Origin: Lytechinus pictus
Lineage: Eukaryota
Assembly (NCBI RefSeq): GCF_037042905.1
Contig: NC_087251.1
Location: forward strand, 20,400,001-20,464,000
Direction: 5' to 3'
DNA length: 64,000 nucleotides
Shown: in pieces, positions 12,728 through 26,660 of the stretch
Layout: each line of letters begins with the position of its first letter
Numbering within the stretch: the stretch's first letter is position 1
Notes under the pieces: model-generated
What the model was told of the DNA's origin: nothing
The model's database searches: none
The model's input: the letters and a program-made list of their open reading frames with translations, nothing else
Position numbers and translations under genes: made by a program

Positions 12728-14102
12728 TACCGTGTTTACACTTGATCGGCTTTTGGTTTGCGTTTACACGTTGTTACAGCTCGCGGTTCAGAACCGCGAG
12801 CCGATGCAAAAACCTGAAATGATACGCACACCAACAATATACGTCAATAAAGACAACACTGGATCAGTGCGCTTACAATTACGTCACAATGGTAAAGTAA
12901 ATGAAATGCGCACAAATTGCCGATGCAGAATCGGCTTTCTGTTTACACGTAATTAAAAAGCCGATTCTGCATCGGCTCGCGGTTCTGAACCTACTACTTT
13001 GGTGGTGCAAATTGCCGGTTCTGAACCGCGAGCCGATGCAAGTTACTCGCGTTTACACGCTATGAAAAAGCCGATGCTGAATCGGCTCGCGGTTCAGAAC
13101 CGCGAGCCGATTCAAAAGCTGGTTAAGTGTAAACACGGTATAGTGATGCGCGTTAGTATCTCGCGCGTGATGTTGATTTTCAAACAATTACTGTTTACAC
13201 TTATACCGTGTTTACACTTAATCGGCATTTGAATCGGCTCGCGGTTCTGAACCGCGAGCCGATTCAGCATCGGCTTTTTCATAGCGTGTAAACGCGAGCA
13301 ACTTGAATCGGCTCGCGGTTCAGAACCGGCAATTTGCACCACCAAAGTAGTAGGTTCTGAACCGCGAGCCGATGCAGAATCGGCTTTTTTTACTACGTGT
13401 AAACAGAAAGCCGATTCTGCACCGGCAATTTGTGCGCATTTCAATTACTTTACCATTGTGACGTAATTGTAAGCGCACTGATCCTGCGTTGTCTTTATTA
13501 TGACGTATATTGTTGGTATGCGTATCATTTCAGGTTTTTGCATCGGCTCGCGGTTCTGAACCGCGAGCTGTAACAACGTGTAAACGCAATCCAAATGCCG
13601 ATTCTGCATCGGCATTTGGTTCTGAACCAAATGCCGATTAAGTGTAAACACGGTATTAATCGGCATTTGGTTCAGAACCAAAAGCCGATGCAGAATCGGC
13701 TTTTGGTTTATCTTGCACTGCGTTTACACGTTGTTACAGCTCGCGGTTCAGAACCGCGAGCTGATGCAAAAACCTGAAATGATACGCACACCAACAATAT
13801 ACGTCATAATAAAGACAATGCTGGATCAGTGCGCTTACACTTACGTCACAATAGTAAAGTAAATGAAATGCGCACAAATTGCCGTTGCAGAATCGGCTTT
13901 CTGTTTACACGTAGTAAAAAAGCCGATTCTGCATCGGCTCGCGGTTCAGAACCTACTACTTTGATGGTGCAAATTGCCGGTTCTGAACCGCGAGCCGATG
14001 CAAGTTACTCGCGTTTACACGCTATGAAAAAGCCGATGCTGCATCGGCTCGCGGTTCAGAACCGCGAGCCGATTCAAATGCTGATTAAGTGTAAACACGG
14101 TA
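12728..14102. mobile_element. Cluster of three ~410-450 bp palindromic MITE copies in +/-/+ orientation
   Basis: Termini TACCGTGTTTACAC...GTGTAAACACGGTA. Copies at 12728-13140, 13204-13655 (inverted) and 13656-14102 (lacking the outer left TIR). Each contains repeated hairpins ATCGGCTCGCGGTTC-W-GAACCGCGAGCCGAT. Confidence 0.85.
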
Positions 14103-14546
14103 AATATTGAATATTAAAATTGACGAAAAACTAATGTTCTTACCGACGATAACGTCGCAGTCTTCAAAAGTCAACCAATAAAAATCACATCACTTTCTTT
14201 GTTGTCCAATCAGCTTTCATACGATCTAAAATTTAACAGTTATTTCCAAGTACTTTCGGCTATTTGTTGACAATATTCAGAGCAAAGTAAAAACACGTCT
14301 TCTCAAGGCTGCAGTAATCAACAAAAAAGCCTATTAAGTATGGAAGGTCCCCCGAGTTTGCGCAGTCACCAAGTCTTCGCACACGCGTATCTGCTCGATT
14401 ATTGTACGCCACGACCACAAACTTTATACATGCAATACATAGAAAGTCCGACTGAAAATGGTAGAAAAATAAGGAATTTCAGGCATTTCTCATCGAAATC
14501 CCCGAATCGTGTGTAAAGAGAAATGGTGCTCAGACATGGGCCACCA

Positions 14547-15232
14547 TTTTTGTCTCGCCTGCATAGCAGAGCGAGATTATAGGCGCCGCTTTCCGACGGA
14601 AGCGGCGGCGTCAACATCAATTCAAATCTTTACCTATAAGGTTAGGTTTTTGAAATGACATCTTCACTTATAGAAAGTATATGGACCTAGTTCATGAAAC
14701 TTGGACATAGGGGTAATCAAGTATTACTGAACATCCTGTCTTGGTTTCAGGTCAAATGACCGAGGTCAAAGTTCATTTAGGGTCAATGAACTTTGGGCAA
14801 GTTAGGGATTTTTGTTGAATTTCCATCATTACTTTAGATTTTTATGGAGCTAGTTCACAAAACTTAAACATAAGAGCAATTAAGTATCACTAAACATTCC
14901 TGTGCAAGTTTCAGGTCACATGACCAAGGGCAAATGTCATTTAGGGTCAATGAATTTTGGTCATGTTGGGGGTATTTGTTGAATTGGCATCATAACTTAG
15001 ACAGTTTAGTTCATGAAAATAGATCTCGTCCCTGGGGTAATCAAGTATAATGCTTGTTTTGCACACATCTTAGATCACATGATCATGGTCAAAGTTCATT
15101 TTGGGCAGTATTTTATCATCATATGAATATTTTCTTGCTGAATAATTATTCAATATTTGATTTCAAAGTCAGCACTGCTGCTATATTGAATCGCGTAATG
15201 CAGGCGAGACTGCCCGATATGTACCACTTGTT
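14547..15232 (+). mobile_element. HINE/DINE-1-like (Helentron-associated) non-autonomous element
   Basis: Sub-terminal inverted repeat GTCTCGCCTGCAT (14552-14564) / ATGCAGGCGAGAC (15198-15210), 5' hairpin, T-rich flanks, internal ~163-bp tandem units with GGTCAAAG motifs. Confidence 0.7.
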
Positions 15233-15693
15233 TTTGTTCAATCTTAAAATGACTGGCTGAGGTTTTTTCCAAGAAAATATATTTCTTTCAATTTCTTGGC
15301 ACACTTACTCATAAAAATATGCGGAACATTATAAACTGAAATTCTTTGTGAAATAAAAAGAAATTCATGATAAATCTTAACTTGTGCGGACATAGGGCCC
15401 CCTTCATACATACAAATAACTTTTACCAAAGATAGCAACACATTGAATTACAATCTGCGCATACTCTAGATAATTTAAATATAAATCTACGATTTATCAC
15501 GTGGTTCACCTTTGACCAATTGGACAGCAAACTCCTCAGAGTAAACAAATGGATGAATAAATACATTTTCCTGATTGAAAGAGTACGTGCAGTGCACTTA
15601 CTATTGAAAACAAAATCATTTCGATTTTTCTGTTCTCATTTACCTATTATCATAATTCAACATGCTTTCTACCACCGCCGCGGCGGCGCGCCG

Positions 15694-16902
15694 CACAGTG
15701 GGCCAGAATGAGTTGAAAGTGCGCCAAAATTATATTCCGTGTTAAATTTTTACTTTAACATGTTGTTTGGGCGTAGAATCGACTGAACATAATTTAAAGC
15801 CGATATGACATCACCCTTGTATCAAATTTTGATTGGCTACTCAAAACCTATCTGTGAGAAGACAAATTTCGCTAAAAAATGTGTATATATAAACTTTGTG
15901 TTATGTGTTACTTCAAGATTAACCAGAGTGAATGTTGGTTTATGCTTCTCACATGCCTAAAAAGTGTGTATGAGATCCTGAAAATAATTTTATGGCATCA
16001 AAATGATCATTAGTTTTGAAAAAAATACTTTAAAATCTGAAAAATATTAACCGTGCTTTATAAAACTGTGTAGACTTGGGTAAAACACAGAGTATAACAC
16101 CTCGAATGTATCACTATGAGGAGGGTTTTTGGCTGAAATTATTCTACGAGTAACTTTTATCTCTGGAAGAGGGGTGGGTAGCCTTTATATGCGTTATCAA
16201 CCATCATTTTGTTTACATTATACCCGGAATTCATGTAATTTTTATGAAATGGAAGGGGAATCGTCCTCGCCGTCCCGGCTCGCCGTGCAAAAATGAACGG
16301 CAATGTACACCCCGTACGGTGCGCTGCGATGACTGCGCGGTATAAAAATGACCGTTTTGGGGGTGATATGTCAAGTAAAATTGGCTCTAACATAAAAAAC
16401 GGGCAAAAACGGGCAGCTAAATTTGGTATCGACTTAAAGCTTAGACGTCGGGGAAAATGATGCTGATAGAATTTAGACGGAAATTTACGAAAATACAAAC
16501 GTTTCTTATGTAAATGCAAAAAACATGGATTATCAGCCTATTTCGAGGAATAATTATCCTATAAACCTCCTGAAAGGTGTCTTTTATCTACTAAGAACCC
16601 GTTCACACGAAAAAAGAATACATCAGGATTATGTGGGAGCCATTTCAGATTTCTTTATGAAAAATTACCTGTGAAATGGCCTGTTTTTCAACTAGGTTGT
16701 CATTTACGCGGCATTTCGCAAAATGTAACATTTTACGATTTGAGGTAGGAAATTAACAACCTTTATGCAAATTTCGGAAAGAAATATTTTGCTGAAGTAT
16801 TCTTCAAAGTGTTGTCTTTCAGCTGGGCATGACAAAAATTAAAAATCTGAAATTGCCCAAAATAACTTTTGGCGCACTTTCGTTTCGCCCCGGCCCACTG
16901 TG
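15694..16902. mobile_element. 1209-bp non-autonomous Transib/RAG-like transposon
   Basis: Both ends begin CACAGTGGGCC and share GAAAGTGCGCCAAAA further in. GC-rich 5-bp TSD CGCCG at 15689-15693 and 16903-16907. No transposase ORF inside. Confidence 0.85.
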
Positions 16903-18341
16903 CGCCGTGACAAACTTGAAATCATATGCTTATAAAGCTTGTTGTTTATAGAACAACGTCTTTCAGTTATACGTGCATTCATTCTTCGGAAATTATTTAT
17001 GACATTTCCACTCTTCTATGTCTAGAGTCTTTGTTTATTTAGATTTGGCATTCTATTATCCTACGGTATGCCTGTCTATTGTTAAAGCACAAAATACCGA
17101 ACTTTAGCTTTTCTTCTTTGTATCCCGCTAAAAACTGGCTGCGAACTTTACGATATCGTACCGCGGTGTTCCAAAGTACTAGGGGATGGGGGGGGGGGGT
17201 GAAACGCGTACCAACAAAAATGGGTACTGGCCTGGCCCCGCCTTCCCTAGATAATAAGACTAAAACAAGTACATTTTTGTAGACGAAATAACTTCCTGGT
17301 CTATGGAAATATTTCATCAATACTGACAATTTAATTGGGAATAATGTAAAATATTTGTTGTTGATGAGAAAATTAAAGTATAAAAGTTGTAAATTCAGAC
17401 ATTGGGTGCGAGATTGTGCAAAGTAGATCTAGTCTTTTTCCAGAGCATTTCAAAATCAGTAACGATACAATGTAAATATTATACAAAATAATTTGAGGAT
17501 GAACATGCTATTAGGTCACTATTTTTTTCATATGTCATCTTCTTTTTTTATGTATTTACATGCCATTATAATTACAATCGATCAAATATTTCGTTCATAA
17601 TTTGATAAGCATAAATGATTACAAACAAAAGACTCCATTTTAAAAGATTATCAAAAAGTGCAAAATAACACCCTTAAAATTTAAAAATTGTTGTTTGTTC
17701 GTTTTTGGAAAGATGGACTGCATGTGGTCATGTGGGCCAATTTCAGTTTAAAGAGCACGATTCGCCCTTATAACGATATACCAAAATGTCACAAGATATC
17801 CTATCAATGTGGCATTCATTAGAATTCCTATAAAAAAATAGTATTCCCTGCCGAAATCAATTTTGAAAATAATCTACCAATATTATTGAATTGAAAATTA
17901 TACCCCTCTTGAGTTACCTTGTAAATTTTGATTTTATTTTTTGAAGAGTGTAAGCATAAGTAAAAATGCAACACAACAAGGGGCATTAGGTGCATTCCAG
18001 CGAAGATTGCGCTGGACACCTGAGATTGGCGGTCAATCCCAGTTACACTGCAGTTGCACGCTGTCACATTGATTTAGTTAAGCATAATAATTTAGGTTAG
18101 CATACGGATCTTAGTAAAGCACAAACTTCTTAAGAATCAAATTCTACTTAATCTTTTGGGGTAGATGTCTTTAGGTTTTAATGATGGGTAATTAATGTTT
18201 TCGTTGAGAGTAGGGTTCTAACGTAAGTATAATGATCTTCAAGGTTAAGACATTTAAGTTAAGATACGTTTTTTTAATTGTTTGGTTTTAAGAGTAAGGT
18301 GGTTAGAAATGGCGACGCTACATGGGGCTTAAGAACCTTAT

Positions 18342-18647
18342 ACACTGTTAAAAAAAACCGGATTTTACAGAAAAATAAGAAGATTTTGCAGAAAGCAATA
18401 ACAGAATCAATCTGTAAATTCATATAAGACAAGAATTTCTCAGCAATTTAACAGAACAGGTCTTTTTAAAAAGGGGAAAAGGGTGTTTTATTAAAAGAAA
18501 TTTGTAAGGTTCCATACACCAAATACCAATTTCCTGTAATTTTACATGATATAATGTAAGATTACGCAATCTGGTAAGATTACAGGTATTCGCGAGACTC
18601 TGCTGCAGGAACTTCTTTTATTTTAAGGATAAATTTTCTCACAGTGT
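18342..18647. mobile_element. MITE with ACACTGT...ACAGTGT termini
   Basis: Short terminal inverted repeats followed by A/T tracts; same terminus type as 30944-31184 and 34576-34744. Confidence 0.55.
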
Positions 18648-20164
18648 TCTTAAGTTTAAAATATTGAACTAGACTAAAACTCTATATGCTTCGGAAACGT
18701 ATTTTAAAGGAGAAACCTTAATCAGTCCGTATAAGCTTAAGGTATGTTCAAAATAAAACTATGCTTCATGAAAACCCCACTTAACTCTTCATTCTTTCCG
18801 AAATATCTTCTATTTTCTTTCTTATACAAGAAAATTATGTATTATCAAACTATTAAACATTTTATGCGTTTAAGGATTATGATGAAAACCTTTAAAAACT
18901 TTATGCTTATTACAATCATTGCAAAGTCTCCATAGAAAACCCAGTATATCACTTTGGAGAAAATCCTTAAAAACTAAGAAACATATTAGAAACTCATAAA
19001 ACATTTCAAAGCCTTGGAAAAACCATTAAGCCACTATATCCTTATAGAATCTGATACATGGAAACATTGAGAAAAACCTCACAACTTTACAAAACTTAAA
19101 CCTTTTAAAAACATTTTTTAATAAAATGATGGATTATTATTAATTAACACGACCCAGAACAGTCTTCTCTATTTGGTAATCTTCTTTCTTCTCTCTGTCT
19201 TTTCCCGGTTTTTCCTTCATTTTCACTACTTGCAAAAAAAGTGATAAGGATGCGGTCGCCTCCTTGCCACTGATAATGCCGTCAGTGGATGTTTTATGTT
19301 GGAAAAAGTTAACGAGAGAGCGAAGAGGGCGAGGTAAAATGAAGCGCTAATCTCAAAATGCTGATAAAAAAAAAGAACGTACCAACCAATAATTAAGGAT
19401 AAAATACCTCTTTCGAATTTTTTCTTCAAATTCCCTATAGTCATGGGTCTGGGAACGAACTCCATAAGAAGGTGCTGGTTATTTGAAGGAAAAAAATAGG
19501 ACAAGCAAAAAAAAAGTTTTCCCTCATAAATGAAGGTGATTTTGCCCTAGAAAATTTTACAAGCAAAATAACAAAGCTAAATAAGACAAAAATATAGAAA
19601 ATTGTTTTCACTAAAAAAAAAAGAAGATAATTCTGACCAAGACAAATTTGATGAGCAGAAACCCAATTTCCCATGGCTATGTGACTACAGTACGCCAGAG
19701 TTGATGACTGAGTCGATTTGCTTGGCGGTAACTTTGACGGACAGGTGCTATCGTGGATAGGGTAAAGAAAGCCCTCCGGAATAATACATAGATTCTGTGA
19801 GATCTTTAAAAACATTATTAATCCTTTCTGTTAAGGAGTTACCAAACAGAAAATCACGTTGATCTTTTCCTATTCCTACTCGATATTACCTTGAACATGA
19901 ATTAAGTGCTTCTATAAGACCGAGAGTATTATCATAAATCATCAACCAACCGTTTACGTACAAATAAGTATGTTCGAATCCCACATAGCATAACAAGAGA
20001 TATGTCCCCAGAATATTATGTTTGAACATATTAAGATATGGGCCGTGGTTCATAAAGGGCTGCTGAAATATTACACAATGCCTTTATTTGGTGTAAACTT
20101 TTCGTGTAAAATGGATTTCCCCCTTTGTATTGTATATACTTGCATTTTCTTTTCGTTTCATATT

Positions 20165-21560
20165 ATGTAAACACGTTTCCTGATAAATGGAAAATAGCAA
20201 AAGTTTCTCCAGTCTATAAGAGTGGTGATTAAGAAGACATCGGAAAATACAGACCTACGACCGTCCTTCCTGTTGTAGAAAGAGCAGTTCATATTAAAAA
20301 TCAACTGTACAAATTTCTCCAAAGACATGAAAGAAAGCATATATTGTTACGAAAGCAATCTGGTTCTAGACCGCATCACTCAAACCAAACTGCATACATA
20401 TTAATGATGACATTTTGAGAGGCACGGTTTTGTCACTGGAGCAATTTTTGTTGATCTGAAGAAGGCATTTGACACAGTTGGCCATCATATACTTTTAGAA
20501 AAATTATTTTAAAAAATCATGCTGGTGTGTCAAAGGCCGTGAAATAGAGTCGTTCAGATCGTATTTAGAAGAGAGAGCACAATTTGCCCAGATTACCTTT
20601 GGAGTGCATTAAGGCTCAATATTAGGGCCGTTAATGTTTGTAATTTACATCAATATTCTTCCATTGGATTTCACTGAACTCGAATGCAAAGTATGTATGC
20701 ACATGATACCGTCTTGCTTTTTAGAGCAAAAAATGTTGATGAATTACAAAATGATATGCAAGTTGGTCTGCAGGTAGCAGAAAAATGGTTTACCAATAAT
20801 AAGCTGACACTGAACTCAAAGAAAACAAAACTTATGTAGGCACTCGAAAAAAGCTTTAAGTATTTTCTAATATGGATTTGATGCTCTCCAATCAGCTTAT
20901 TGAGAGAGTGAGGAAATTTAAATATCTCGGTGTCATGCCTGATGAGCAATTAGTATGGAAAGAGCACGCCGATTATATAGCCAGTAAAGAATAGGGTCTT
21001 AAGACGATCTGCAAAACCGGTTTTACCAAATGAAATTTTGAAGATGCCACTTCTAGATTATTGCGATGTTGCATGTCAAATACCTCATCGAAAGTAGTAA
21101 AGTTACAAAATAGAATGGCTAGAATGATTCTGGGTGCACATACGTACTCACATAGTTGATGTGTTTAGAGAAATAAAGTGGCAAGAACTGCCCATTCGAT
21201 GGAATCAACATAAAATATTCCAAGTATATAAATGCCTGAAAAATCTTGCACCCGATTATCCTAAATGTATTTCCCCCCCTTTTTTCAAAATCGTTTTTTT
21301 TTCTGTGTAGGGGGTTTCGTTTATCTCAAAACCGATTGATTCGTTGCTAAGATTTTAAGAAATATTTATTCTGTTTTTTTTTTTTCAATTCTTTTGAGTT
21401 CCATATTTGTATAGATATGTATATTTATATGTAATTGTGCGATAGATTGTGTAAACATAACTGATTCAATAGTATTGATTTTAAAAAATTGCATGTCTCG
21501 CGGACAGGGCCGTTGTGGAAGGCAGTTCTGAAACTGGCAATGCTACCCTGTATAAATAAA
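20165..21560 (+). pseudogene. Heavily decayed L2/CR1 RT fragment with a 3' UTR-like end
   Basis: Translatable remnants FPDKWKIAKVSPVYKSG, FVDLKKAFDTV, GSILGPLMFVIYIN, WFTNNKLTLNSKKTK, FKYLGV with many stops and frameshifts. 3' stem-loop CAGGG...CCCTG + AATAAA near 21505-21560. Confidence 0.8.
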
Positions 21561-21981
21561 ACCACAAATGAATAGATAAATAAATAAATGTACAGGACCC
21601 CAAATGAAACAATATTTTACTTCTGATGGGGCTACCCTGTTAAAAAAAATACAAAATACATAAATAAATAAATAAGCCACAGATTCAGGATTTCTTTGAA
21701 AAGGAAGCCTTTTTCCTCGAAATGTGACAACCAAAAAAAAGGGGAAGGATTTCGTCTGAAAAAAAATTGACAAACAAGAAAGATTAATAAATATTTTGAC
21801 TTATAGTATGATTAGCAATTATTGTTGTTCTTCATATTTTAAGATTATCCTTTTAACCATTCGAATAATCTTGATAATCATTATAACTATTATCATTGTC
21901 ATTATTACTGTCTTTATATCATATTGAATATTGGAAATGGCATTAATGTTTTTTATTATATACTTCGTTTTATTCTTTCAG

Positions 21982-22112
21982 AGCTGTTTTTTCCATATGG
22001 ATCAGATGCAAATGATACTATATTAATGAAGGATGATGACATAAGTACAACTGAGGATATAGCACTCGGTCAGGGTTTTAAGTACTACAGTTCTCAAAGG
22101 GACAATATCATA
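21982..22112 (+). CDS. NIDO-NIDO-IPT (Mesh/SUSD2-like) gene, exon a (NIDO module 1 start)
   Basis: ttctttcag|AG CTG..; LFFPYGSDANDTILMKDDD..GFKYYSSQRDNII|gtaagt; phases 1/0. Confidence 0.85.
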
Positions 22113-22524
22113 GTAAGTAAATCATCTTTTTTCATTGAAAAAATAAATCAAAAGATTTGTTTTCAATAATCCTCACAAATTCTTACACGAATGATACTGG
22201 ATTGAACGGGTATATTTATGTTTGATCAGGCGATCAATGAACCTGACTCTACTGGGTTTTTTTTGGGGGGAGGGGTCTGTATTTATTATCACTTGCCCTC
22301 TTACGCACTTTATTTTTACAAAAAAATATTTTAAAGGAATTTTCTATTGAATTCATACCAGTTTATTTTGGCCTTTTAATGTATATATTTTTTCACTTAA
22401 ATTGATTGATTGATTTCAGCTCGAGTACTTTTTTCACACAGTTTTGAAATTGAGGGAAATGTGAATTTGCACAGGTTTCAATATGCGTGTGATTATGATA
22501 ATTCCTTTCGGTCCTGAAAAAAAG

Positions 22525-24312
22525 ATTTGTTTGTTTGTTTTATTTCCGTCATAAAAAATGCATAACAATATATATACAAGAGATACAAGGAGTAACATCT
22601 ACATACAAAATGAAATAAATTCTAAACATTGATTAAAAAAGAAAAGAAAAAAAAATGATTGATTGAAACATGTTAAGAAAGTTAAAAGATCAAACTTAAG
22701 ACAAGAGACGGTTGGATAACCCATATTCAGCTGCACCAATTATATGTGCGGCTGGTCTTCCATGGGGACCAAGTAAAAAGAGAGTCATAGGGAGCGGAAA
22801 TGAGAACAAAAAAGAAAAGATAAAAGAGGGAAATGAAGGAAGAAAGAAAAGAAAAGGTAGAAAAAAGAAAGAAAGAAGGAAAGGAGAGAAAAATCACTAT
22901 CAGTTTGCTTACTCCTACTCTACTACTCCTCCCCCCCAAAAAAAAAAAAAAAATCAATGTCTCAAATGTGACAACGCTGATCTAAAAGAATTTAAGGTCA
23001 TACAATTACGAATATTATCTGGGATACTGTTAAACAACTTAGTCCCCCTATAGAAAAATGTGCGTTTGCAATAATTAGTTCTGGGTTTGGGGAGGCACAA
23101 ATTATTTTTTCGAAAATGGTAAGGTCTTGAGGTGTAAAATATGTATTTTGTTAGATATTTGGGAGCCAAATCATGGAGGATCTTAAACATCATTGTTTGA
23201 ATATGAAAGTTTTGCCTAGACTTCAGGGTTTGCAATTCCATTATTTCATGAATTGAGTCGGTAGAAACATGTGACCGATTATTAATATTAAGGATAATTC
23301 TACCAGCTCTATTTTGCAACTTTTGTAGCTGATCTGTATATTTGTCATAGGAAGATTGCCATATTACATCAGCATAATCCAAGTTGGGTAGTATAACGCT
23401 CTGATAGATAATTTTCAAATTATTCCTATTGATAAATTTACTTAATCTACGGAGGAACGAAATCATACGACCCACCTTTTCACTTAAGTGGTTAACATGA
23501 ACATCCCGTTTCAGTTCTGAATCAATATACACACCCAAGTATTTCAGCGAAGATACTTGTTTGATGGTATGACCATCAATTCTTAAATCTAGTCCATTGT
23601 GTTTTTTTAGCATATGTCTATTTCCAAAAAGCATGCACATTGTTTTGTCATAATTAATTTTAAGTCTATTCGAGTCCATCCATCTATCAAGAATGAGCAA
23701 CTCTCTATTTAACGTTGACTGAACTACGTGGGGATCTTTATGAGAAAAGTAAATCACAGTGTCATCTGCATAGAGATGGATGTTGCATGACTTGAAAATA
23801 GTAGGTAAATCATTAATAAAAATTATAAAAAGCAGCGGACCTAGTATCGATCCTTGAGGAACCCCATGCCTGATTGGTAGTTCTTCAGAGTTGCAGTTAT
23901 GAATACACGTTACAATTTTTCTGTCTGAAAGGTAGTTATGAAACCAGTTCAAATTCGTTTCTTTAATCCCAGCTCTTTTAAGTTTTTCAAGTAGACATTG
24001 AATGTTAACCATATCAAAAGCTTTTTGGAGGTCAACGAAGACCACACCAGTGTATTTTCCATCATCAAGGTCTATTAACCAATCATCCGTGACTTTGATT
24101 AGGGCGGTTGAGGTAGAATGTTTAGGACGGAAGCCTGATTGGTCCAAAGTGATAATGTTATTACAATTTAAAAGTTGTACGAGCTGTTTATGGATTAATC
24201 TTTCAAGATCCTTCGATAAACAAGAAAGAATATAAATCGGTCTGTAGTTATAAGGATTTGATCGATCACCTTTTTTGTGTAACGGAATAACTTTGGCAAC
24301 TTTGGCAAATTT
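22525..24312 (-). mobile_element. 5'-truncated, young L2/CR1-group LINE (uninterrupted RT frame + 3' UTR + tail), antisense in an intron
   Basis: ORF 22954-24348 (464 aa) with AKVIPLHK, YRPI, QSGFRPKHST, DLQKAFD, GVPQGSILGPLLF, YADDT, KYLGV and no internal stop. (AAAC)n tail at ~22525-22540. Confidence 0.93.
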
Positions 24313-25673
24313 CTTGGCGAAGGCGGTGGGACTTCCGAAGCTTAGCATTCATGTCACTTATTAAGTGAAAGTTCGTGTGACTAATTTCTTTCTTTATTTA
24401 AAAAAAAATCTAAGTAGCTTATCTATGCTTTTGGGATTAGCTTGTACGCTGTATAACAAATTGTTATCTAGATGATACATCATGCAGCATACTTAACAAA
24501 ACAAAACAAAACAAATAATGCCTAGCATTTCCTTTTATTTAAATGTAGGATAAATGAGCATTATTAATAAATGTCTTGCTCACGAGCATAGGTGCTGTGG
24601 CCGGGGATCATTTCATGTGTCTAATAAGGCGCCTTTGACCACTTGGCCACGGAACTTCCACCACAGAGGCCGAGCGGTGCATTTTATTTCGCTCTTACTC
24701 GATATACACATAACAAGTCATGTACACTTTGATCACCGTTCTTCACTTGAAAGATCAGCTCGCTAGTCTCTCAAGTAAACAGTGTGGTGTTTAAAACCAG
24801 AATCTATCACGAACATTACCTTGTGGTGTTTAAAACCAGAATCTATAATGTGATTTACTTTTCACATATTGTCTAAAAGCAACATCCTTAGTATCGGGGA
24901 TGATGATTTAATGTGCCTTTATTCATGCAAATTATCTTAAAACACTAAATCACTGGGTTTAGTTTTCTGAGCTAAGGAGATACTACAAGTAGTTGATATA
25001 AAAAGCTAATAACACAATCTTATAGTTCGCCTATGTACGTGTACATGATAATTTGTAATTCTGAATACTTACAGTACATCTTATTTAAATGCTAGCTGTA
25101 TAAAGATTCGACATAAGACTAATTAAACACATTTTTTAACCGACTTTTTTTAAGGGAGCCTCCTGTTAGGAGATGTAAAAGAAATCATTATAGTTTTCAA
25201 GTTATATTCGCGCAACATTTTATTACAAAGGTCCACTGCGAAAAAAAATCAGATTAAAAGAAATGAGTGTGTCAAAAGTCAATTGAACTATTCGAGCCGA
25301 TCAATGTTATTTTGAGTAGAGTATGATAAGTATGATACTGCAAAACAAAATGAATTTCTGATTATAGTGAATCCAGATTATTACAGCAAATACCAATTTT
25401 TGGGGTGCACATAATATTAAATACTCACAGCTAACTTGTTCCTATAACAGTTCCTTTAACAATTTCAATATAATGATTGTGTTCATCCTTAACGTATCAA
25501 GGAGTGACAATTTTTTTTTATTCTTTCTAGGTGGTACATTGGTAATTTCCCTGTGGTAAAATCATCTTTTATTACGATAAATTTTTCCAATGTCGGATGC
25601 AGATTATTTGATAGTGGTTTATATGGTAACTATCATATACTTTTAGAGTGTATGAAGTAAAATGCTTGATATA

Positions 25674-26660
25674 CAGTGCGTATCAAAAAAAAGTTTACAC
25701 TTTGAAAAAGCCCTGGGAATTAAAAAATATACAATATGTGGGTAATTTTTTCACATATAATGTTGGGTTTGGGTCTCATCTATCCAATGAAAGTAAAAGT
25801 TTTGACGGAATGTTACACTTGAGTGAGCACTGTCCATTTTTGTAAAGCTCGCAGAAATCTGTTTGCGCAGAAATGCTTGTTTTCACCGCTGTGTCAAGGG
25901 GAAAGGGCAAAATCAAACTTACCCTGCTAAACATTTCTCATACGTTTCCCTTGCACTTTTAGTCAATTGAAATAAAACGGATACATTCAAGCATTTTGTA
26001 ACAATTTTGCCACCCAAATTGAAATTTCAACACTTAGTAAGCACAACCTTTACCCTTTTTGTGCCAGCTGGATCTGAGGACATAACTGAATCTGAACAAA
26101 AGTTTATATCAGACATCTCCAGCATTTTTTCACAAAGTTTTTATCATTTAAAGTGGGTTTACAATTCATTTTTCATTTAATACTTGTTTCTCCACACTTT
26201 TCCCAAGCTTGACAATGATTAACAAAATGAAAATCAAGCCTAAGCCATTTCATGTAAATCACAGCTCAGTGTAAAGCAAATATCGTCACGATGGCCTCGG
26301 TGTGTGGGGGAGTGGGGTGGGGTGAAATGCACTTTTTGAGGTGTTTTGGGCAAAGGAAACAAGTCAAGAAAGGTAAAAGATATCTTCAAATCAATTTTAC
26401 TAGCTAAATTCCACGTGTTCTTCATGATTAAGGTCTACTTTTATTCGCATAACTATTTCAAAGTTCTGCGCAAGTAATTTTTCACTAATTTTTCAAAAGT
26501 AAGTGGCGCTCACTCAAGCAGAAATATTTTTCGACAGTTATATCGTCATTTGCTTAAATGGATCTGTACCAATGTTAAAATGTGGAAAAATCTTCAGGAT
26601 ATTACAAATGTATAATTTTACAGGATTTTTTCAAAGTGTAAACTTTTTTTATACGCACTG
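25674..26660. mobile_element. 987-bp Tc1/mariner-type non-autonomous element
   Basis: TIR CAGTGCGTAT(C)AAAAAAAAGTTTACACTTTGAAAA at both ends; TA TSD at 25672-25673 and 26661-26662. Confidence 0.9.

Noticed and set aside
12732..14110. ORFs with repeated LAVQNREP / AGSEPRAD peptides
   Set aside because: Translations of palindromic MITE DNA.
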